A DNA stretch of 64,000 nucleotides from Amoebophrya sp. A120. Its lineage: Eukaryota > Protista > Dinoflagellata. Both the position numbers and the translations under genes were made by a program. How positions within the stretch are numbered: position 1 is the stretch's first letter; the number at the start of each line of letters is the position of its first letter. Location: the NCBI GenBank assembly GCA_905178155.1, contig CAJINV010000004.1, positions 11,439,114 through 11,503,113 on the forward strand, in the 5' to 3' direction. The notes under the pieces are model-generated. The model was not told the DNA's origin, did not search any database, and saw only the letters and a list, made by a program, of their open reading frames with translations. This document shows positions 1 through 9,513 of this stretch, piece by piece.

Positions 1-150
1 TTGCTGGGATCTTTTGCAATACAAATTTTTGCTATTCACGATCGGAAATCTGTGATGCTGATACACGCAAGAGGGCGAATGTTTCATTTGGAAAGATTTG
101 CAATACAAATGCTTTCAAGTTCGGGGGTGGAGGCATTTTTCATTGTAATA
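1..150. mobile_element. Partial TIR intron element (family B-like), truncated by the window edge
   Basis: Right end GGGGTGGAGGCATTTTTCATTGTAATA resembles the family B TIR; carries the shared TGTGATGC/GCAATACAAA motifs; follows the PFO micro-exon 151-165 (GYSNT). Confidence 0.6.
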
Positions 151-3100
151 CCGTGTTGGAGTAACCTGGGATGTGGAAGAACATGTCGATGATGGTGGAA
201 TCCGAACGTGTTAAAAGTAATTCCGCTTTATTGCGAAGACAAATCACACTTTTGCTTTTCCACGTCATCTAACAGGTTACCACACTCAAAAAAGCAACCT
301 CTACCTTCGGTGTCCATCACTAAAATGTTGATGTCGGTGCCGCCCGCCAGGACGTGGTCCAGACCGCCGAAGCCGATGTCGTACGCCCAGCCGTCCCCGC
401 CCCAGATCCAGCAACTGATCTTTTGCAGATCGTCGCAGGACTGTCTGATTTGCTGCAGCAGCGGGTCGTCTAGCCGCATCTTGTCCATCAGCGGCGGAAT
501 TTTTTCAGCGAGGTCCATCGAGATCGCGGCATCTTCCTTCTTTTCCAACCTGATATTAGATTTAAAGACCCAAGTCGACGATGATGAATGGGGTGTAGTT
601 ACATCATGAAGATCTTTTCCATACATACATCAATAAACAACAGGCTGAATTCCCAATTGCACACATCAAAACAATGACAATGAATAAATCTGTAAAAGTT
701 GCACCATTCCTGAAAGCATTCCTTCAATTCCGGGCTCAATCCCAACCGGGGCTCGTACAGTGCCTCCTCGACTTTGCCCGCTAGAATGTCCCTCTTCTGC
801 TTGATCGCCCTGGCCATTCCGAACCCGTACTCGGCGGCGTTCTCGAACAAGCTCCGGCCCCACGCCGGTCCCTGGCCCTTTTCCGTCACGGAAAACGGCG
901 AGAACCCGGCGGTTCCCGACCACACTGAGCTGCAGCCGGAGCTGTTCGCAATCACCATCCGCGGCCCGAATAGTTGGGTCACGAGTTTTGCGTACGGGGT
1001 CTCCCCGCACCCCTCGCACGCGCCGGAAAATTCCAGTTGCGGAAGCTGGAACTGCGACCCCTTGAAAGTCGTCTCGTCGACCAAATGCCCCCGGTTTGGC
1101 AAGTTCACGGCGTAGTCCCATTTCGGCACCTCCCGCTCCTTCACATCCGACAACGGCGTATGGATTGCAAATATGTCTGGGTCTGGAAACTTGTAATGCC
1201 AAAAGTGAATGGTAGACGCACTGCAATACGCAGCTATGCATGACAAACTTTTTGGCTCCCATGTCTTACGTATTCCGCATGGCAAGCTGCGTTCTTGCAT
1301 GACAGGTAAGAAGGCACTTTCGTGCCTATGCAACACAGATTCTCGAGTCATGCCAGACAAGCATGACAAACATGCAATCTTCCAGACCCAGACACTTTTG
1401 CACTTGATAAGGCGTCATGGTCAGCGACGCGTCGCCGCAGGCCCAGGAGCACGCCTTATCGCAGGAAAAAAGTGTTACAGTTACACATTTGTAGTCAATG
1501 TAGCAACACAAATTTCTCAGCATGAGAGAGAAAACTTGTAATGCAGAAATCCTACGGGAAAACACCTATGAAACGAGGCTCCTATGCATATCCGGCATGA
1601 CAGAGCTTGTCTGTCTTGCTTGGCCTGCAACACAATGTGTAACTGTAACACTTTTTTCTTGCGATACGCCTCGCACCCCGTGCAGTCCTCCGGCGCGACC
1701 TGGATCCGGAACAGTAAACCAGACACCTCGACTATGCAAAGAAAAAAGTGTTACAGTTACACATTCTGTTGCAAAACATGCAAGACAGACGCCTTCTGTC
1801 ATGCGCAAAATGCTTGCGAGTCTCGTTTCGTGTGTGTTTTGCCTTACAATCTCTGCATTACAAGTTTTCTCCGTCATGCGAGGCAGATTTGTGATGCTGA
1901 ACTCACTACAAATGTGTAACTGTGACACTTTTTTCCTTGGATATCGACCCCGCCCTTCGCCTTTTTCGTGTCGAACGTGTCCGGCGCCTCGTCGGCTTCA
2001 GACTGGGAGACCAAAAACGGGCGGATCGCCGCGTGCGGGCAGATCGCCGAGCACTTGTTGCACTGCGTGCACGTGTTCATGTCGACAATGGGGACGGTGT
2101 ACGCGATCCCCCGCTTCTCGTACCCGCACGTGTCGTTCGGGTAATGGCCGCGGGGGTCGAAAGCGGACACCGGTAGCGATTCTGCTTGCAGGCTCGCCAT
2201 CTTGTCCATCACCTCCCGGACGAAAGCCGGGCGGGACATGTCGACTTTGGTTATGGATGCGTCAGGATCGAAATTGACAAAATCGAAATGATTTGCAATG
2301 CATAAGATGGATTCCGGTTCGAACCCAGTTTCTAAGTGGCGCATCACAAATTCTGGTGGTGCCTAAATCCAGTTTGTGATGCTGCTTAGGCAAAGAAGAC
2401 TGCTTCTCTCGTGCTGCTTTAGCAGCTCGAGCTATAAACCCAAAGAGGCTTACAATCGGCCTCACTTGCCTGCTCTGCAAAACACGTACCTCGCGCCATG
2501 CATTTTATGCATCACAAATTTTTCGACTTTGTCAATTTCGATGCTGACAGTTCCATATTGGTGTCGTCCTCGATGTTCCGCCACTTCTCGACGTCGTACT
2601 CGATTTTGTTCAGGTTCTCCAGCTATCAAATGTAAAAATGTCTGGGTCTGGAAGAGTACAAACTTGTGATGCGAATTTCAGAACACAGAAAAATCTCTCA
2701 TGCATAGGCAGCAAAAGTTCCCACTTTCTGTCACGAAAGTCAGGGATTTGTCATGCGGATTCGGCATTGCGGAGGCTTCTCGAAACCTGTGATGCTAGAG
2801 CTTCCATGTCAGGCCTTCTGTGTCATGCAGAAACAGCATGACTCTTCCAGACCCAGACATTTTTACACTTGATACCAGCGCCTCGCTCATGCCCTTCAGG
2901 TTCCGGTTGATCACGTCCTCGCCCTTGAGCTTGAACGTCTTCCGCACGTTGTTCTCCAACAGAGTCTGGGCCTTCTCCCACGGGATCACTTCCGACAAGT
3001 AGAAGAACACCTGGGACAAAATGTTGTTCGTGTGCCGGCCTAGCCCGTTGCTTCGCGCCACCCGCTCGGCGTCGATGAAGTACAACTGCACCTGCTTCTC

Positions 3101-6100
3101 CGCGATTTGGTGCAGGACGGAAACTATCAAATGCAAATATGTCTGGGTCTGGAAGAGTGCGAACCGAACTTTTGATGCGTATTTGACAACGCACACAAAT
3201 CTCTGATGCATAAGCAGCAAAAGATGCCCACTTCCCGCCACCAAAGAGGGGGATTTGTCATGCGGAGCAGGCCTCGCGGAACCTTCTCGAAATCTGTGAT
3301 GCTAGGGCTTCCATGGCTGACCTTCTTTATCATGCAAAAACAGCATGACGAACATCTGCACTCTTCCAGACCCAGACATATTTGCATTTGATAGAAACCG
3401 GCAAAACCTTCTCCGCGTCCTCCGGCGTCTTGCCCTTCTGGTTGAAAACCACCACCCCGTTCGGGCGGATATCAAATGCAAAAATGTCTGGGTCTGGAAA
3501 CTTGTAATGCTCGGTTGGGAATAGTGAATGCTGTGTAATGCACAGCCAAGCATGAGAGATATCTGTGCTGCTTAGTGTTGCGCTGCCCGCATGACAAACT
3601 GCGTCTTTGCATGACAGGCAAAAGGCTCTCTTCTTGGTCACGCATCACAAATACTTCAGTCATGCCAGACTGACAAGCATGACAAACCTTGCATTCTTCC
3701 AGACCCAGACATATTTGCAATCCATAGCGGACGGTCTCGAGCAAAGACGTGTTGAATTTCCGCGGCCAGGTGGTCTCGGAGATCCCCACGTAGTCCGCCT
3801 TCTGGATCTGGTACGGGGACTCGAACCGGGTGGGGCCGAACCGCAGATGGGAAATGGTACAACCCCCCGCTTTCTTGGAATCGTACGCAAAGTAACCCTG
3901 CACGAACATCTCGGTGTTTTCCCCGATCAATTTGATCGCCGCCTTGTTCGCGGACACCGTGCCGTCGCTGCCCATCCCCCAGAAAACGCATTGTCTCGTC
4001 CCCGGCGGGCAGGTGTCGGGTTCGGGGCCCTGGACTAAGGACCGGAAGGTCACGTCGTCGTCGATACCCACGGTAAAGGAGTTCTTGGGCGCGGCGGCCT
4101 GTGCGTTGTCGTACACCGCGGCCACCATTCCTGGGGTGAATTCGCGGGACCCGAGGCCGTACCGGCCGCCGAGCAGCTGGATGTTGTTTTTCGACGCTTG
4201 GAGCGAAGTCGCGACGTCCATGTACAGCGGCTCCCCGACGGAGCCGGACTCCTTCGTGCGGTCGAGGACGGATATCGTCTTCACGGTCCGCGGGAGGGAC
4301 GACATAAACGCTTGCGCGTCCCACGGGCGGTAGAGTTTAACGTGCAGGACGCCGTACTTTTTTCCCAAGCACTCCGCGGACTGGAGGTACTCATCGACCA
4401 CGCAGGCACTGATGATGGTAATATTCGAGGACTTGCATTCATGAGCTTTGCGATTTATTTTTCATGTAGCTTATCCTATGTATTTGCGTACAGGACACGA
4501 AGATTTTCATTTTGATTTCACTTCTCATAGATGCGTGACAAAGCCAAGCAAATTTTCCTTATAGATACCCGCTCCCCATAATCACCACGACGTGCTCCGC
4601 ATCCGGCACGCCCTTGTAGGTGAAGATTTTGTACTGCCTTCCCGTGATAAACCCGACATCGTTCATCACATCTTGGACCATGCCGGGCGTTCGGTCGTAG
4701 TACTTGTTCGCCGCCTCGCTGTTCTGGAAGAACGTGTCCGCGAACTGGCCCAACTGCCGCGAATGCGGGCGGTTGGGGTTCAACCCCCGCTGCCGGAACG
4801 CCTGCAGCTCCTCGTGCGGGACCAGCTGCGCCATCGCTATGCAAGAAAAAACCTGTGTAAGTGTAACTCTGTAATGCCGAACATGCAACGCGATGGAGTC
4901 CTCTTTGTCTTTTCACGTGTGTTTTGTTTAGTTTTCCCTTACAAGCCACGCATGACAGATTTTCTCTGTCATGTAGAGGAAATTTGTGATGCTGTCAGCC
5001 AACGAAAGTTACACTAACGCAGTTTTTCTCTTGCATAATCGCCTCGTAGGGAATAATCGCGGGCTTCGACAGCTCGTGGGAGGTCCGGAACCCGTATGGA
5101 TTGTAAAAATGTCTGGGTCTGGAAGGTTGGAACTTGTAATGCTAGCTTTCCATACCTAGAAAATCTGTATTGCATAACCAACAAAAGTCGCAGCCTCTTT
5201 TGTCATGCAAAAACGCAGTTTCTCATGCGGATTGCCTACGAGAAAGCGTTTTAGGAAGTTGTCATGCCGGACTGCATTCGGAAGTGTTTTCATCATGCAC
5301 ATTTTGGCATCACAAGTTTCCAGACCCAGACATTTTTGCATTTCATAACCCGTCGAAGAAGTTCATGAAGGGGATGGAGGTTTTCAGCGTGGCCACGTGG
5401 GACACCTATCCTGAGTAAAAACGTCCCCACCCCTTAGCCAAGTTGGTAAATCTGCAACACAAATCTCCCAGTTTTGGGAACTATGCATGACAAGTTTCCG
5501 TCTGTATTGTAGTGCTGCTTAGCAAGGACAGCCGCATCACAAAGACGCCTGCTCATCCTGTTTGAGTACAGCATTACAAATCCCAGAACACGACTACAAA
5601 GTCTTCTCTTGCGGATGGGCATTACAGATTTTTCTGTAGATGAAAATCTGCATGGGGACGTTTTTAAATAGGATAACACCAGTGCCATGTCCATCGCCTG
5701 TTGCACGTTGTTCCCGCAGAGCAGCGCAAACCCGGTCTGGCGCGTCGCCATCACGTCGGTCTGGTCCCCGAAAATGCACAGGGCGTGCTTCGTCACCGCT
5801 CGGGCCGCCACGTGGAACACGCAGGGGTTGAGCGCGCCGGCCAGGATGTACATGGTCGGGACCATCAATAGTAATCCCTGGGAACTGGTAAACGTGGTCA
5901 CACAACTCCCGACCTCCACCACCCCGTGGCACGCGCCCGCGGCGCCCGCTTCGGACTGCATCTGGGTCACCTCGCAAATTTCCCCGAACAAATTCTTCCG
6001 GCCCGCGCCCGCCCAGTTCGCGACGCAGTCCCCCATATCAAATGTAAAAATGTCTGGGTCTGGAAGAATGAGCGATTTGTCATGCAGCTTTTCCATGACC

Positions 6101-7152
6101 CATGAGGTCTGGAATGCAGGACCTAGCATGACAGATTCTGTGCGACCTCTCTCATGCCTATCCTGCATGAGGAACCCCCTCCCGACTTGGTCAAAACTGG
6201 ATGACTTTTGGTAAGCATGCATCACAGATTCTTGCTTGTTTCAGATTTAGCATGACAAGTTGCATTCTTCCAGACCCAGACACTTTTATATTTGATACCC
6301 CATGGGCGTCGCGGGCGTGATCGGGTAGATGAAGGCTTGGTCGCTATCATATGTAAAAACGTCCCCACGACCCCATAGTCAAGTTGGGAACTTAGCAACA
6401 CAAATCCAGAAGTTTTGGGAGCCACGCATGACAAGTTCTTGCAGGCCGTAGTGTAGTGCATGTTAGCAAGGACAATCGCATCACAAATCCATCTGCTTGT
6501 CCTGTTTACAGCATCACAAATTCCAAAACCCGATTGGTAATTCCTGGCATGGAGGACATGCGCATTACAAATCTTCCTGTCATCGCAAATCTGCGTGACA
6601 ACTCTGGGGTGGGGACGTTTTTACACAGGATAGTCGCTCCAGGCGTAGGCCACGTACGCCGCCGCCATGGCGCCATCGTTAGGAGCCCGGGTCTATCAAA
6701 TGCAAATATGTCTGGGTCTGGAAACTTGTGATGCTAAAATGTGGATGATGGAAACAGTTCCGCATGCAACCCAGCATGACAACTTTCCAGAACGCTTTCT
6801 CATAGGCAATCCGCATGAGAAACTGCGTTTTTGTGTGTACCAAAGAGGCTGCGACTTTTGTTGGGTATGCAATACAGATTCTCTAGGTATGGAAAGCTAG
6901 CATTACAAGTTCCAACCTTCCAGACCCAGACATATTTGCAATCCATAGGGTCTGCGGGTACTTTTTGTAGACGGCCTGCCGCTTCCAGGAGGGAATGACC
7001 GGCTCGGCCGGGGCGACGGCGGCGGTCAGGCCGATGTTCCGGGTCTGATCCTTCTTCCCGGTGGACGCAAAACCACGGCCGCTTCTCCGGAGGAAGAGAC
7101 TCCTCCCTTGAAGAGCCGTGGCCTGCTGGCGTAAAAACGTGGGATACGTCAT
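1..7152 (-). CDS. PFO: Pyruvate:ferredoxin/flavodoxin oxidoreductase (PFO, possibly PNO), multi-exon, 3'-partial, with a putative mitochondrial transit peptide
   Basis: Manual splicing gives continuous PFOR motifs: NDGAMAAAYVAYAWSDQAFIYPITPATPMG, MQSEAGAAGACHG, FFDGFRTSHE, GGRYGLGSREF, FWGMGSDGTV, YDSKKAGG, CTQCNKCSAICPH, DCTGCEACSWAC, FSGACEGCGET, GGDGWAYDIGFGGLDHV, MDTEGYSNT. It contains 13 complete TIR introns, 1 partial one, and GT-AG introns at 4409-4568, 550-704 and 166-304. The N-terminus MTYPTFLRQQATALQGRSLFLRRSGRGFAST is Arg-rich and acid-free. Confidence 0.95.
1159..1409. mobile_element. TIR intron element, family A
   Basis: TATGGATTGCAAATATGTCTGGGTCTGGAA...TTCCAGACCCAGACACTTTTGCACTTGATA; TSD CGGCG/AGGCG (one mismatch); removal gives MTP|LSDVKE. 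Confidence 0.93.
1457..1666. mobile_element. TIR intron element, family E
   Basis: TIR TATCGCAGGAAAAAAGTGTTACAGTTACACATT; TSD CGCCT; removal rebuilds the ferredoxin motif CTGCEA|CSWAC. Confidence 0.95.
1733..1943. mobile_element. TIR intron element, family E (inverted relative to 1457-1666)
   Basis: TIR TATGCAAAGAAAAAAGTGTTACAGTTACACATT; TSD TCGAC; removal gives GGVE|VSGLLFRIQV. Confidence 0.95.
2252..2557. mobile_element. TIR intron element, family D
   Basis: TIR TATGGATGCGTCAGGATCGAAATTGACAAA; TSD TTGGT; 306 bp, close copy at 12765-13070; removal gives EDDTK|VDMSRP. Confidence 0.95.
2624..2874. mobile_element. TIR intron element, family A
   Basis: TATCAAATGTAAAAATGTCTGGGTCTGGAAGAG TIR; TSD CCAGC; removal gives SEAL|ENLNKIEY. 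Confidence 0.95.
3125..3393. mobile_element. TIR intron element, family A
   Basis: TIR of more than 30 bp, essentially perfect; TSD GAAAC; removal gives LPVS|VLHQIAEK. Confidence 0.95.
3470..3726. mobile_element. TIR intron element, family A
   Basis: TSD GCGGA; removal gives ETVR|PNGVVVFN. Confidence 0.95.
4838..5037. mobile_element. TIR intron element, family C
   Basis: TATGCAAGAAAAAACCTGTGTAAGTGTAACT...AGTTACACTAACGCAGTTTTTCTCTTGCATA; TSD ATCGC; removal gives PYEA|MAQLVP. Confidence 0.93.
5095..5347. mobile_element. TIR intron element, family A
   Basis: TSD ACCCG; removal rebuilds FDG|FRTSHE; reverse-complement copy of 6694-6947. Confidence 0.95.
5407..5675. mobile_element. TIR intron element, family B
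   Basis: TATCCTGAGTAAAAACGTCCCCA...TGGGGACGTTTTTAAATAGGATA; TSD ACACC; removal gives MALV|SHVATL. Confidence 0.93.
6036..6297. mobile_element. TIR intron element, family A
   Basis: TSD CCCCA; removal gives TPMG|DCVANW. Confidence 0.95.
6345..6632. mobile_element. TIR intron element, family B
   Basis: TATCATATGTAAAAACGTCCCCAC...GTGGGGACGTTTTTACACAGGATA; TSD GTCGC; removal gives AWSD|QAFIYPITP. Confidence 0.93.
6694..6947. mobile_element. TIR intron element, family A
   Basis: TSD GGGTC; removal gives YPQT|RAPNDG. Confidence 0.95.
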
Positions 7153-8076
7153 GGCACACTAGGTACGTGCGATGATCGCAACGGTCGCGAAACTCAACTT
7201 CAGCAAAACATTTTTTACATCAGTTTCTTTGTATCAAGAAGAAACAGAACCTGGAGCGATAAACGCACTCCAGTTCTGGGAACAAAGTTAAGAAAAGACT
7301 CGAAGTAGAATTTTTTTCTTATATTTACACGATTTTTACCCTCCGCTTCCTATTCTTTTCAAATTGAAAAATTCTTCATGGTGCCTCGGTACTCCAGGCA
7401 AGAAATTTCTTGCACGTGACTCCGCGCAAGCTGAGGAAGCAAAATTCTCTTCGAAATCAAAACAATAAGTCACGACATCCTACAAAACGGAAACTTCCGT
7501 CGGGGTGACGCGCCGTACTAGTGAAACTGATTTCTTACTTGGCCTACTAGATGGAAATCAATTAGTAGGGGGCTGCGGCTACCATCAAAACTCTACACAA
7601 AAAAGGGGGCATGAATCTGTGTTGGCATTTTTTCGCGGAATGGGAAAAATTTGTTTACGACTTGACGTCTCTCGAAAAAGTAAAAGATGATTGCACAAAC
7701 GTTTTTTGTTGTCTCTCGGTCTCTCGCGTAATCTTCGTAATGAGCAGATTGCTATCGCTCGACAGTGTCGTGACATACGGTTGCAGCTGCGGTACTACAG
7801 GTGCGAAGGTTGCACTGCTTGACACGAAAAACATCACTTCTTTATGCGGATGCGGAACATCATTTTGATGGGTGTGCTGTCTTCTGATAGCAGACAACAT
7901 CTCGAATGGAAAATCGGGGCGACACGACAAGGCAATAACGCAACGTGCCGCTGAGCCGCGCCTTTTATTTTTTGTACGCGTGTTCATTCCCGTTGCGTCT
8001 GCGCTCAAAAATTCATACCCCGGTAACATTTTTTCTCGTGACATAATTATTGCAAAACCTAGTGTTTTTTGATTTC

Positions 8077-8683
8077 TTAGAAAATCTTGTCGAATTCCGG
8101 AAATTTTTTCTTGTCGTGTGTCATCTCAGTAACCTTATGCAGCCTCAGGAGATCTATATCATCCCGCTCGCCTAGCTTCGTCAGGTTCTCGCCTTTTGCT
8201 GCACCTGTGAGAAGAAGTTTTAGTACATCAGACATGAAATTACATATCAACCGACTTCGAGTCATTTTTTACTTTTTCCGCATGGAAGACAGGACGGTAT
8301 ACAAACATCCGTTGATGCACAGCAGCAAAAGAAGTCGTGGTACCTCCGTCCTCTCCTATTGTAATGATGGCTTCGATGACGGACGACTCGCTGAGGCCTT
8401 CCATGTCAGATGAATCTGCGTCCACGGCATACTGTAATAATTTCGTGATTTGCTTGACAGTGGCTCCGCTCCCACTTTGCGATGATCTCATGCATCTTCA
8501 CAACCACTTTTCCATAAAGAATTCTAAACCCATATAATAAATTACCTTCACTCCGTCGTGCGTTTCCAGTACAACTTTGCTATCCGATTTTTCCACAAAA
8601 CACCCAACAACCCGAACTCGGTCACCCGGTTCGTAATCCAAACCAGCCATTTTTCCGGTTACCCGAGGTGCGGAGGTTGCCAT
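8077..8683 (-). CDS. RPA3: Replication protein A 14 kDa subunit-like (OB fold); exons 8683-8546, 8431-8344, 8204-8077; 117 aa
   Basis: Two GT-AG introns give a continuous frame: MATSAPRVTGKM...RVRVVG...VIEAI...LGERDDIDL...HDKKKFPEFDKIF; size and motifs match RPA3. Confidence 0.7.
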
Positions 8684-9513
8684 ATTTTTGTTTTGAAAGA
8701 GCGATCTTAAAGAGATACGACTAAGGCTTGCCAGCCAACTCAAAACTGTTCTATCTGCTTGCACTCAGAGGCTGTTTTGATTTGTGCAAGTTGTAGCGGA
8801 TCGCATGCACATTCGCGCTTTGCATCGCTTTGGTGCTGCTTTTCTGTATCCTCAGCATTATCATTCGCGCATCTCAGCATCATCAAGCTCGCGGCTGCTT
8901 CAACTGTATTCGTCATCATGTTTGCAGTCACTTGAACTGAGAACACTCTCGAAACCAGCACTTGGCGTCACAACAAACTTCTGGACGAAGAAACCGTTCA
9001 AGATCTTTGAAACGCGGATGTGGCGAGCCGCGCCTGACTTAGATACACAATGGCGGAAAATCCCTATGGTCCTCCTATGCCCGATTCAAAACGCAGTGAA
9101 GTGCGTATCATACAAATGAAATACTTGTTTTGCCGCATGTTAACTTTCAACCACAAAAATGAAAACGCTGCTTTCAACGTCGACCAAAAATAATGTCTCA
9201 AGTGTTAAGTACAGTGAAATACTAGAAAAGTGAAAGGCTGTCAATCTTGGATGCCACCTACTAGATTCGGTGTGATATTAGATGCTCTTCAGTCATCGTG
9301 TCTGGCATGCAAATCATAACAACCGGCGTGAATGTGACTGCTAAATCTTACAAATACAACTGTGTCTATCTAATACTTTCTGTCAAATTATCAACAAATG
9401 CTCCTACAACTGGAAAGCGCTTGAGTCTGATTCTGAAATGATGAAACTGACAAATGCTAGTAGTATCTGCTAAAAACATAATATCATACCTGCTTGAAAA
9501 AAACCACAGTACC

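Noticed and set aside
974-6900. Many short ORFs sharing peptides such as CKYVWVWK, MSGSGR, FQTQT, PDPDIF
   Set aside because: These are translations of the family A TIR in different frames, not a protein family.
1159-6947. CRISPR-like array suggested by the recurring ~30-bp repeat ATGTCTGGGTCTGGAA
   Set aside because: The repeats occur as inverted pairs with irregular 50-700 bp spacing, the intervening pieces are PFO exons, there are no cas genes, and the context is eukaryotic.
1-7152. PFO as a transposon-riddled pseudogene
   Set aside because: Every reconstructed junction is in frame and the catalytic and Fe-S motifs are intact, which fits a functional gene with removable inserts.
7505-8072. 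ORFs between RPA3 and PFO (e.g. 7655-8044)
   Set aside because: No recognisable domain or coding-like codon bias; likely UTR or spacer.
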